A stretch of DNA of 64,000 bases, taken from Candidatus Moraniibacteriota bacterium (GTDB taxonomy: Bacteria; Patescibacteriota; Minisyncoccia; Moranbacterales; GCA-2747515). Under the pieces are notes generated by a model, which did no database searches, was not told where the DNA came from, and saw only the letters and a program-made list of their open reading frames with translations. The translations under genes and the position numbers were made by a program. Within the stretch, counting starts at the first letter, position 1; each line of letters starts with the position of its first letter. This document shows, piece by piece, positions 46,933 to 56,130 of the stretch. Location: contig PDPP01000016.1 of the NCBI GenBank assembly GCA_002747515.1, forward strand, positions 50,369 through 114,368, written 5' to 3'.

Positions 46933-47754
46933 TTATACCGTGTAATTTGCTAATTGATGTATCTCCACAAGCCAGGCAATCAGAAAAAATAATATCGTCA
47001 GAAGCGGAATTAACTTACTATTATAAATCCTTGCTAAAGAAAAAAGTGGGATGAGAAGAGGGTGTGTTTCTGTATAATCACGATACATATATTCTCGTAA
47101 TTTTGGAATGAGAAAACAAAAAAATACAAAAGCACTTATAAATGCTAAAACATACCAACAAACTACAGACAAAGGTTGCAACATAAAAAAACCACTAACC
47201 AATAAAGGCAAAAAGAGAAATAAAACACGGAATTGATGATGCCATAAATAATGCCATAAAATAATGCGGTTTTCTTTTTGTAGAAGAGACCGAAAAACCA
47301 TATAGAAAAATATAATGTATATAGTTAAAAAAACAGAATATAATATTATTTTCATTATACTAAAAGCATCATCTAAACCTAGAGTAAATTGAATTACGAA
47401 TCCATTAACAGCATCAATAAGAAATATCAATAAAAAGCAAATTGATATAACACCACGAATAATATTAGGAATTTTAGCATCTCTTCTTCCAACAATAGGT
47501 AATATCACTATAAAAAGAGGAAATATTATCATGAAACTAAATAAACCTCCAAAACTCATCCACCAACCATTGTATGCAAAAAAATTCAGATAAAAAGTAG
47601 CCCAAAAAGAAATAAACACGGTCAACCCCACTAAAAAAATATTCAAAAAAGTTTTTAAAGGATGCTTTTCTTGATTAATTTGAATAATATCTTGATATTT
47701 AAGATATTGATCTTCTTTTTCATTTATTACGTTTTCTTTTTGCGCATTATTCAC
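46933..47754 (-). CDS. polytopic membrane protein inserted between pheS and pheT
   Basis: About 8 predicted TM helices, W/F-rich; no family. Confidence 0.45.
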   Translation of the reverse strand: MNNAQKENVINEKEDQYLKYQDIIQINQEKHPLKTFLNIFLVGLTVFISFWATFYLNFFAYNGWWMSFGGLFSFMIIFPLFIVILPIVGRRDAKIPNIIRGVISICFLLIFLIDAVNGFVIQFTLGLDDAFSIMKIILYSVFLTIYIIFFYMVFRSLLQKENRIILWHYLWHHQFRVLFLFLPLLVSGFFMLQPLSVVCWYVLAFISAFVFFCFLIPKLREYMYRDYTETHPLLIPLFSLARIYNSKLIPLLTILFFLIAWLVEIHQLANYTV

Positions 47755-47807
47755 ATTATATAGTTTATATTGTTATAAATATTTCATGCTACTATTTTTT
47801 GTATATT

Positions 47808-48842
47808 CTAAAATTGTTGTGTAAATCGCACGTCTCCACTGTGAAATAATCGAATATCATTAATTTTATATTTCATCATTGCAAGGCGCTCCAAGCCAAA
47901 TCCCCATGCAAACCCTTGATATTTTCCTTTCTCATGCCCAGCCGCTGCAAAGACGTTTTGATGCACCATGCCACATCCACCTACCTCAAGCCATCCTGTT
48001 TGTGAACATGTACTGCATCCCTTTCCTTCACAATTTGTACATGAAATATCAAATTCAAATCCTGGCTCTACAAATGGAAAATAACTCGGTCTCAATCGTA
48101 CATTAATTTTTTGTCCAAAAAATTTCTCAAAAAATTTTTCTGCGATATAGAGAAAATTTGCTACACTCACATCTTTACCAGCAACAAGTGCTTCAAATTG
48201 ATGAAAAGTATGTTCATGTGACGCATCTGTTGCTTCATTACGAAATGTGCGTCCTGGTACAATAATACGAAGTGGCGGAGTGTGTGTTTCCATGTAACGC
48301 ACTTGCACAGATGATGTTTGCGTTCTTAGTACAGTACCAGTTCCTTTTTCACGCCCTTCTTCGCGAGAAATCCAAAATGTATCTTGCATATCACGACCTG
48401 GATGATCATCCGGCATATTTATTGCATCAAAATTGTAGAATTCTGTTTCTATTTCTGGTCCGTCAACAATTTCAAATCCCATTGTTGTGAAAATATCTTC
48501 AATATCTCTTTGCACAATACTCAATGGATGCAAATGTCCTTGAACTCTTCGTACACCTGGCGCAGTAACATCAATCCATTCTGCGTTTCTATCAATAGAT
48601 AATTCTAATTCATTTTTTTTCTCTTCAATTGCATTTTGAATATCTTTTTTTGCCTGGTTTGCTAGTGGACCAATTTCTTTTTTCTCTTCAGTTGAAAGGT
48701 TTTTGAGTCCCTTAAGAATTGCGTTGAATGCACTCTTTTTGCCCAAATACGCTACACGTATCTTTTCAACTGTTTCAATAGTTTCAGCTGTAACAATCTT
48801 TTTCAATGCATCACCTTTAATTGCAGATATTTTTTCCTTCAT
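47808..48842 (-). CDS. pheS: phenylalanyl-tRNA synthetase alpha subunit
   Basis: HPLSIVQRDIEDIFTTMGFEIVDGPEIE ... FRNEATDASHEHTFHQFE class II motifs. Confidence 0.92.
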   Translation of the reverse strand: MKEKISAIKGDALKKIVTAETIETVEKIRVAYLGKKSAFNAILKGLKNLSTEEKKEIGPLANQAKKDIQNAIEEKKNELELSIDRNAEWIDVTAPGVRRVQGHLHPLSIVQRDIEDIFTTMGFEIVDGPEIETEFYNFDAINMPDDHPGRDMQDTFWISREEGREKGTGTVLRTQTSSVQVRYMETHTPPLRIIVPGRTFRNEATDASHEHTFHQFEALVAGKDVSVANFLYIAEKFFEKFFGQKINVRLRPSYFPFVEPGFEFDISCTNCEGKGCSTCSQTGWLEVGGCGMVHQNVFAAAGHEKGKYQGFAWGFGLERLAMMKYKINDIRLFHSGDVRFTQQF

Positions 48843-48988
48843 AAAATTGTGTATAAATAAATTTTCCTCTGTATAATAGCATTAACAAAAGGAAAAATAA
48901 AGGTTGCTCAAAATTGTATTATACTATAAGCTGTAAACACATTCGTTTCATTAAATTTTTTAGATTATAGAAAAAAGGAGAGTATCTT

Positions 48989-49309
48989 ATGATACACCCA
49001 ATTTTGACAGGATTTTTTAGTGGTATATGTTTCATGTTTTCATGTATTTGGATGTACAGAAAATACCTCAATCTGCAAAAAAACTTTTCTGTATTTTCTG
49101 CAGTAATTATTGTATTAGTAGGTTTTGCAGGAATCATGCTTTGTACCATGTTCTTTCTATCCCCTGCTTTCGATCGAAGATTTCTCAATACATTTGTTAT
49201 AGGAATTTTTGTAGGACTTGTCTATTTCTGCTGTTATGCACTTTTCACAGTTGCTTCTTGGGGAGATAAATACATATCACACAATAATTCAAATTCACAA
49301 AAATCATAA
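48989..49309 (+). CDS. small membrane protein, hypothetical
   Basis: 106 aa, 3 TM helices. Confidence 0.3.
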   Translation: MIHPILTGFFSGICFMFSCIWMYRKYLNLQKNFSVFSAVIIVLVGFAGIMLCTMFFLSPAFDRRFLNTFVIGIFVGLVYFCCYALFTVASWGDKYISHNNSNSQKS

Positions 49310-49462
49310 TCTGTAAAAAGATACGAAAAATACAATATATGCTCTACAAAATTATGTGGAGCATATTATTTTTTGTGTATTGCATTCAGAAAAAAATCAT
49401 GTTACAATTCATTCTTCAGTTTTAGACAGGTTCTTAGAAAATAATCAAAAAAGGAGGAATAT

Positions 49463-49630
49463 ATGAAAAAAAACAATTTTTCACGAAAAGATCTTTTTCC
49501 AAAACTGTGGGCAGAATATCCAAAAAAATTCTATCGCCTTTTCAAAAAAAATGGAACTCTCACAAAAGAAGGTCAAATACTCAACGAGGACATAAAAAAA
49601 CGTCGTCGCAAACGTATCGCAAGAAAATAA
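49463..49630 (+). CDS. 55-aa basic small protein (not in ORF track)
   Basis: AGGAGG RBS 7 nt upstream; MKKNNFSRKDLFPKLWAEYPKKFYRL...KKRRRKRIARK; followed by a terminator. Confidence 0.3.
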   Translation: MKKNNFSRKDLFPKLWAEYPKKFYRLFKKNGTLTKEGQILNEDIKKRRRKRIARK

Positions 49631-49640
49631 TAAAATATAA

Positions 49641-49678
49641 AAAGACTTGTCCACAAAGTGTGCAAGTCTTTTTTCTTT
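49641..49678. terminator. bidirectional intrinsic terminator
   Basis: agacttg tccacaaagtgtg caagtct followed by tttttt. Confidence 0.65.
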
Positions 49679-49691
49679 TAAAATGTGTTTT

Positions 49692-50912
49692 TTATTTTGT
49701 AATTTTCACGAAAAATTTCTTTCCAACTCTCATAACTTTATTTATATCAGTTTTAGAGACTGTGTATTGTATATCAACAACTTTTTTTCCATCAATTGAT
49801 ACACCACCTTGTTCAATCTTTCTGCGTGCATCACTTTTACTTGTTGCGCCACCAGATTTTACAAGATAATTCAAGATATTTCCATCACTTTCAATAGTAC
49901 ATTCATCTACGTTTTCTGGAATTTCTCTTTTTGAAAACGTATCAACAAAATGCTTTTCTGCTGTCACTGCACTTTCTTTACCATGATAAATTCGTACGAT
50001 TTCATGTGCTAGTGCTACTTTTGCATCACGTGGATTTTCTAGTGTCATAAACTTATCAATCTCTTCCAAAGATAATCGTGTACATCCAAGAAAAAGAGGT
50101 CTGATCATTCCATCAGGTTGTGACATGATTGCACCAAAAAGATCATTTGCAGAAAGGTCGAGAAATACACCTGTACCATTTGATTTTGACATGAGCATAT
50201 TTGTTTTTTCATCTGCGATTAATTTTGTCGCAATGACAAACTTATCTTTCCCTTTTAGTTTTTGTAAAAGTGTTCGTCCAGCTAATGCATTAAAAATTTG
50301 ATCTGTGCCACAAAGCTCTACATCGACATCCATTGCGACACTATCATATCCCTGCATTAGTGGATACATAAATTCATGTACATAAATCGGTTTTCCCTGC
50401 TTCATACGTTTTTCAAACATGTCACGCTCGAGCATTTGTTGCACTGTAAAATTACTTGACAATTCTAACACCTCTTCAAAATTCAACTTGCTTAGCCATG
50501 CAGAATTGTATTTAATAAGAAAAGGATTTTCTGTATCATTAAAGTCAGCAATATTTTTTACCTGCTCTTTCCAGTCTTTGAAATTTTTCTCTATTTCTTC
50601 ACGTGTTTGTTTTGTGCGTGTTGCTGATTTGTCCGACGGATCCCCAATAATTCCTGTGAAGTCTCCAATGAGAAAAATTACCTCATGACCTAGCTTGCGA
50701 AAATCCTCTAGTACCATGAGATTTTGTGCATGACCTAAATGCAATGCTTTTGCCGTAGGGTCCATCCCAATATAAAACCGCATTTTTTCACCAGAAAGCA
50801 GCCTTTTACGAAACGCCTCTTTTGTCGGTAAAAATTCAGTCAATACTCCACGATCAAGTATTGCATCAATCATTTTAATCTTTTCATCCGAAATCTTCTG
50901 TTTGATTTTCAT
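49692..50912 (-). CDS. tyrS: tyrosyl-tRNA synthetase
   Basis: HLGH (HIGH) and KMSKS-like MLMSKS motifs, C-terminal S4 domain. Confidence 0.9.
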   Translation of the reverse strand: MKIKQKISDEKIKMIDAILDRGVLTEFLPTKEAFRKRLLSGEKMRFYIGMDPTAKALHLGHAQNLMVLEDFRKLGHEVIFLIGDFTGIIGDPSDKSATRTKQTREEIEKNFKDWKEQVKNIADFNDTENPFLIKYNSAWLSKLNFEEVLELSSNFTVQQMLERDMFEKRMKQGKPIYVHEFMYPLMQGYDSVAMDVDVELCGTDQIFNALAGRTLLQKLKGKDKFVIATKLIADEKTNMLMSKSNGTGVFLDLSANDLFGAIMSQPDGMIRPLFLGCTRLSLEEIDKFMTLENPRDAKVALAHEIVRIYHGKESAVTAEKHFVDTFSKREIPENVDECTIESDGNILNYLVKSGGATSKSDARRKIEQGGVSIDGKKVVDIQYTVSKTDINKVMRVGKKFFVKITK

Positions 50913-51042
50913 GTATTTATTCTTAAAAATGCACTAAAAATGTATACCTATACTAACAATTTACAGATATATTCACAAGTATTGACATTTTGTTATATTT
51001 GTGATATAATCGTATTTCAGTAGTTAAATATGATATTTTATT

Positions 51043-51546
51043 ATGACATCTACAGAAAATCTCACAAAACATATTGAAGCACTTGAAGAAAAGCGTCTTT
51101 CTGTATTTTTTCACATGCAAGAAATTGCATCAGAGCTTAATGGACGTCTTTATAACTACAATATGTATGTAGGTATTAGTGCTATTATCGTGCTACTTAG
51201 CACGCTACTTTTCAAAGATGTTGATATATTTATTGTGTTGTGGAGCAAAATTTTTGCAATTATTTCTATGATTATTGCTTTTGTACAACATCTTCATGTT
51301 CTTGATCGCAATTCTACAAAAATGTATGAGAATATTCGTACAATTTACAAATCGTATGATGATGAATATGTTGTACTACGCAAATTTAATAGTGGAGAGA
51401 TTAATGAAGAATTGATTAGACAATATTATATTGACAAATCAAAAGAACTTGATCGCTATTCATATAATATTACAACACCAGATTGGTTTACATGGATCGC
51501 ATTATCACTTTTGATTGCATCGATTATTTTACTTACACTTGCATAA
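51043..51546 (+). CDS. membrane protein, hypothetical
   Basis: 167 aa, 3-4 TM helices. Confidence 0.4.
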   Translation: MTSTENLTKHIEALEEKRLSVFFHMQEIASELNGRLYNYNMYVGISAIIVLLSTLLFKDVDIFIVLWSKIFAIISMIIAFVQHLHVLDRNSTKMYENIRTIYKSYDDEYVVLRKFNSGEINEELIRQYYIDKSKELDRYSYNITTPDWFTWIALSLLIASIILLTLA

Positions 51547-51550
51547 ATTA

Positions 51551-51580
51551 AAAACCATCTACCATAGTAGATGGTTTTTA
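51551..51580 (+). terminator. intrinsic terminator
   Basis: aaccatctac cata gtagatggtt followed by ttt. Confidence 0.65.
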
Positions 51581-51793
51581 AAAGCTATAATTTCCACCAT
51601 TTCTCTCTAGAGAAATTTAAAAAAATGTTCTATATATTCTTTTTCATTCAATGTAGTTTCAGCAAAAAATCCTAAAATTCACTCTAGCTTTTTTCTTTGC
51701 TATACTTTAGCAAAATAATCATATCATAAAAAATTTTTTCGTTTCAATCCCTTTTATACTCATTATTGATATATAAATAATACACCTAAAAAT

Positions 51794-51866
51794 GCATCAC
51801 ATATGATGCCGCCCCCCAAATAAGACGGGAATCATTATTCACCCTTGATTCCCATCTTGTTTGGGA
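51794..51866. other. nested-hairpin structured element in a convergent intergenic region
   Basis: gcatca cata tgatgc palindrome, then cccaaa taagac [gggaatca ttattcaccct tgattccc] atcttg tttggg. Confidence 0.3.
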
Positions 51867-51996
51867 ACGTCAAGGCATATATTAGTGATGTATTTCTGTG
51901 CTTGAGATTATATCATAATTCCATATCTTTTTCTAACCAAAAAATAAAGGTAAAAAAAAATATCTAACCATCAGCAATTACTATTTTTTGACAATT

Positions 51997-52374
51997 TTAT
52001 TTAATTCCTAATCGTTTTTTTGCAATCTTGTATTGTTTCGAATTCAATTGACCCGCTTCACGCATCTCTTCAAGTTGTTTTGCCATCTCTTCTTTACTCT
52101 CTCCATTATTCTCTGCATTCATTTTGCCAAATGCCTCCGCAAAAACTTGTTTACGTTTTTCTGGTGACATTTTCTTCACCTGTTTAAGCATCATTTTTTG
52201 CATACGTCCCATCTTTGGCATACCAGGAAGGGAACCATCAAGCATTTGATCAATCATCTCATCAGTGATTTCTGGTATTTGCCCACCTAGCATTTCTTCT
52301 GCTTGTTTTTGTGCCACTGCTGGATCAACCTTTTTTTTCTTATCCTTCTTTTTAAACATGTCTGTAAAAGCCAT
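51997..52374 (-). CDS. small Met/Lys-rich protein downstream of secDF
   Basis: 125 aa, rich in M, K, E, Q (GMPKMGRMQKMMLKQVKKM); no confident family. Confidence 0.4.
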   Translation of the reverse strand: MAFTDMFKKKDKKKKVDPAVAQKQAEEMLGGQIPEITDEMIDQMLDGSLPGMPKMGRMQKMMLKQVKKMSPEKRKQVFAEAFGKMNAENNGESKEEMAKQLEEMREAGQLNSKQYKIAKKRLGIK

Positions 52375-52453
52375 TTTTTTAACTTTAGTAATTAGAATAT
52401 AAAGTATAGATGTTATACAATTTCATGTTAACACATTTCTTTCAAATGATGTG

Positions 52454-53371
52454 TTAATTTTTGTTGTGATTTTTTTTGAGATTGTATGTTGACACAATCA
52501 ATGCTGTCGCAACAAAAATTGACGAATACGTTCCAAAAATCACACCAACAAGCAAAGCAAGAGAAAAATTAAACAACGATTCACCACCAAACAAAATAAT
52601 TGGCACCAACACAACAACAACTGTAAAGGATGTATTAAACGAACGTGCAAGTGATTCATTGAGTGATTTATTCACAAGAATTTCAAAATCCTTAATTGCA
52701 CGTGTTCTGAGAACATTTTCTCGAATACGATCATACACAACAATTGTATCATTCACGCTATATCCTAAAATCGTCAGAAGAGCTGCTACAAATGGCACCC
52801 CAACCTCAACACTCCAAAATTGCCCCAAGACAGCAAAAATACCAAGTGCAATAACGATATCATGTGCAAGTGCCGTAACAGCACCAGCACCGTAATACCA
52901 TGATGATACTGGCACTGAAACCTTTCGAAATGCCCACGCTATATAAAGCATAATTGCAATCACCGCAAAAATCACAGCCTTTGTCGCATTTTTCTTTAAT
53001 TGTTCTGAAATAACTGCTCCTGTAAAATCAACTTTAAGCTGTTTTGCTTCAGAATCTATTGCAGTTACAGCTGCAAGTACTTTTTGATTGAATTGTTCAT
53101 TGGAGTCCTTATATTTGATAATAATACGCTTTTGCCCATCTTTTTCACTGCCCTGTACGATAAAACTATCATTACATCGACCCTCAAGTTTTTCACAAAT
53201 TACATCACGATGCATATCAACAGTCCCACTTATAGAAAACTCAACTGTTGTTCCACCCGTGAAATCACTATTTGGCTTTATCCCCCACATTGCAAGTGCA
53301 CATACGCTCAAGGTGACTAGCGCTGCTGAAAATATATATGTATATTTCCTTTTATCAATAATTTGTAACAT
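52454..53371 (-). CDS. secF: protein translocase subunit SecF
   Basis: FSAALVTLSVCALAMWGIKPNSDFTGGT and the 6-TM SecD/F core. Confidence 0.9.
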   Translation of the reverse strand: MLQIIDKRKYTYIFSAALVTLSVCALAMWGIKPNSDFTGGTTVEFSISGTVDMHRDVICEKLEGRCNDSFIVQGSEKDGQKRIIIKYKDSNEQFNQKVLAAVTAIDSEAKQLKVDFTGAVISEQLKKNATKAVIFAVIAIMLYIAWAFRKVSVPVSSWYYGAGAVTALAHDIVIALGIFAVLGQFWSVEVGVPFVAALLTILGYSVNDTIVVYDRIRENVLRTRAIKDFEILVNKSLNESLARSFNTSFTVVVVLVPIILFGGESLFNFSLALLVGVIFGTYSSIFVATALIVSTYNLKKNHNKN

Positions 53372-53375
53372 AATC

Positions 53376-55082
53376 CTAGAGTTTTTTCTTATTATGCATT
53401 ACGAGCCAGAGACGTTCTTCTAGCCATTCACCACAAATATATTTCATAATGATCTTAACCAATATAATTGCCGTAAACATAGATACAAGGACACCAATAA
53501 TAAGTGTAAGCGCAAATCCATAGACAAATCCTGTTCCCATAGACATCAAAATAACGGATGTAATAATTGTAGACAGATTACCATCACGAATTGATGGCCA
53601 AGCACGATTAAATCCTTCATCTACAGCACGTTTCATGCCTTTTCCAAGACGCAATTCTTCTTTAATGCGTTCAAAGATTAAAACATTTGCATCTACCGCC
53701 ATACCAATTGACAAAATTAATCCTGCAATACCAGCCAATGTCAAAGTAATTGCCATTGGTGTTAGATTAGAAAGTTTAAAAATTGTCACAAGTGATGCTG
53801 CATAAATACCAAGTGCAATTGATGCAATAACACCAAAAAATCTATAATAAAGAATCATGTAAAGCATAACGAGAGCCAATCCAAAAACACCAGCTTTAAG
53901 GCCTTTTTGCAATGCTTCTGCACCAAGTGTTGCTTCAACACTTTGCTGAGACACAAGTTCAATTGGTACAGGCAACGCTCCTTCATTAAGGCTTTGTGCG
54001 AGGTCTTTTGCTTCTTTTGTTGTGAAATCTCCTGAGATTACAGCACGTCCATTTACAATTTCTGCCTGCACTGTCGGTGCACTCTTAAGTTCGTTATCAA
54101 GATAAATCGCAACTCTCTTACCGAGATTTTCTTTTGTAATTTGAGCAAAAAGCTCTTTTCCCTTACTGTCAAATTGTAATCCAACTTGTGGATCAGATAC
54201 ACCGCCACCCATACCGCCACCAGAAAACTCCAGATTTGCTTGTTCGAGAAATTCTCCAGTGAGCTCCGTTGCTTTGTATGGCTCAACGGGAATTGAAATC
54301 TTTGTAAATGGAATGACTTGTGATTTAACTTCCAAATCTTCACCCTTACCACGAGATGCAAGTTTCTTGAGAATAAACCAACCATCCTCTGTTGTTACAA
54401 GCTCTTGATACACGTCTCCATCATGCATATTTTCTGAAAAAAGTACATCGGAAAACTCCACTGGATAGACATCTTTTTTAGAAAAATCAATCACATTTTC
54501 AATGCCTTGCATATCAGCATCTCGACTATTTTCAGCTGCTAGCACCTCAAATTCTTCGCCATTTTTGATACGATTAAGTGTTTCTATTGCCTTTTTTTGC
54601 GCATCTGCGTGAATCTGAGTGAGAAACTCGCTCATTTCTTCATTAAGTTGTTTTTGTTCTTTTTCCATTTCCTCTTGTGTTTTTTCTACACGAAACTCCA
54701 GAAACGGTGTTTTTTGAATAACATTCTTTACATCCTCCATACTCTCAGCACCTGGAAACTCTACGATAAGAAATGTTTCTCCTGCACGTTGCGCAAGCTG
54801 TACAATTGGCTCACCAACACCATATGCATTAACTCTTCGCTCTACAACTGCTTGTACAGCGTCTTTTGCATCTCCTTCTTTACCTTCTGGCACTTTAGAG
54901 AGATCGAGTTTGTACTCGAGATGCAGACCTCCCTGGAGATCAAGTCCGAGATTGATGGCAAGTTTGTTAGCATATTTTTGCACATTTTCCGGCAAAAATG
55001 GCAAAGCTGGCATTGAAATCAATGCAACAACTACCGTAAAAACTACAACATACCAAAATTTCCTTCTACTTTTTTTATACAT
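53376..55082 (-). CDS. secD: protein translocase subunit SecD
   Basis: GLDLQGGLHLEY periplasmic domain and C-terminal 6-TM core. Confidence 0.9.
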   Translation of the reverse strand: MYKKSRRKFWYVVVFTVVVALISMPALPFLPENVQKYANKLAINLGLDLQGGLHLEYKLDLSKVPEGKEGDAKDAVQAVVERRVNAYGVGEPIVQLAQRAGETFLIVEFPGAESMEDVKNVIQKTPFLEFRVEKTQEEMEKEQKQLNEEMSEFLTQIHADAQKKAIETLNRIKNGEEFEVLAAENSRDADMQGIENVIDFSKKDVYPVEFSDVLFSENMHDGDVYQELVTTEDGWFILKKLASRGKGEDLEVKSQVIPFTKISIPVEPYKATELTGEFLEQANLEFSGGGMGGGVSDPQVGLQFDSKGKELFAQITKENLGKRVAIYLDNELKSAPTVQAEIVNGRAVISGDFTTKEAKDLAQSLNEGALPVPIELVSQQSVEATLGAEALQKGLKAGVFGLALVMLYMILYYRFFGVIASIALGIYAASLVTIFKLSNLTPMAITLTLAGIAGLILSIGMAVDANVLIFERIKEELRLGKGMKRAVDEGFNRAWPSIRDGNLSTIITSVILMSMGTGFVYGFALTLIIGVLVSMFTAIILVKIIMKYICGEWLEERLWLVMHNKKKL

Positions 55083-55190
55083 ACAAAAAATAAACCTGCT
55101 ACTGAGATTACCAAATCATTGTACTACTAGCACTCATAAAATGCAAGAAAAAACATAAAAATATATCACTTATTTTTTATATATCTGTTG

Positions 55191-55472
55191 TCAAAAATGA
55201 TTTTTCTTGCTCTCTTTTTTAGAAAAGTTTTTTCGTTTAAAACCGTCTTCCACCTTGCTCTTAAAAAGTAATATAAAAGCAGAAAAAAAGCAGAATAATT
55301 CAAAGAAAAAATGAAACCATTGCGCTATTGTAATATATCCAGAAAAAAATCCATTTGCATACGCTGCCCATAAAATAAGCATGCAAAACAATACTATGAC
55401 TATCCACCCCTCAACTGTCACTGGCTGAAATCCATATCTGAAACATTTTGATTTAAACCAATATTTTTTCAT
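55191..55472 (-). CDS. small membrane protein, hypothetical
   Basis: 93 aa, 2 TM helices; start overlaps the NUDIX gene stop. Confidence 0.35.
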   Translation of the reverse strand: MKKYWFKSKCFRYGFQPVTVEGWIVIVLFCMLILWAAYANGFFSGYITIAQWFHFFFELFCFFSAFILLFKSKVEDGFKRKNFSKKESKKNHF

Positions 55473-55984
55473 ATATTTTCGCTCTTTAATTTCTTCTCTA
55501 ATTGTGCTTGTGCTTGTGTAAGCACTCTTTTTGCATTATTATACGTTAATTTTTCCAAAGCCTCGTCAAATTGCATCCAAATAGCTGCTTGATGCTCGTG
55601 AGAAAGTACAACGCTCTTTTCAACAGACTGCGCCAAATAAAAGATTGCCGTTTTACGCACAAAAATACATGCGTTATCTGCCTTACGTTCTTCACGTTCT
55701 TTGCCATATGCTATGTATGAGAAAGTAATCAGTGTGCGAAATCCATCGATGATTTCCAATTTCTTAATTCCAGTTTCCTCCCAAATTTCGCGTCGCATGG
55801 TTTCTATTTCCATCTCTTCGTCTTCCATTTTTCCACGTGGAAATTCCCAGTGTCCATTACGATACTTAAGTAAAAGATACTCTATCCTATCATCCTGCAC
55901 ACGATAAACAACTGCTCCTACAGAACGCTCAAAAGCAACGCAATATGGCGCCAAAAAACCAAAAATTTGTTTTCGTTTTATCAT
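55469..55984 (-). CDS. NUDIX hydrolase
   Basis: Nudix box GHWEFPRGKMEDEEMEIETMRREIWEETGI. Confidence 0.8.
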   Translation of the reverse strand: MIKRKQIFGFLAPYCVAFERSVGAVVYRVQDDRIEYLLLKYRNGHWEFPRGKMEDEEMEIETMRREIWEETGIKKLEIIDGFRTLITFSYIAYGKEREERKADNACIFVRKTAIFYLAQSVEKSVVLSHEHQAAIWMQFDEALEKLTYNNAKRVLTQAQAQLEKKLKSENI

Positions 55985-56130
55985 ATAGACATCATATCAT
56001 ACAATTATGGCAAAATAAAAAAGCTATTCATTTTATTTGTAATAAATTTTTTAAAAATTTTATTCTATAATAGTCTACACAAAAAACACAGATTTTATAT
56101 AATCCGTGTTTTTATAATTTGTATATTTTT

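Noticed and set aside
49507-49869. Track ORF 49507..49869 (+, 120 aa)
   Set aside because: It overlaps tyrS on the opposite strand and runs through a terminator. The plausible small gene is the RBS-preceded 55-aa frame at 49463..49630.
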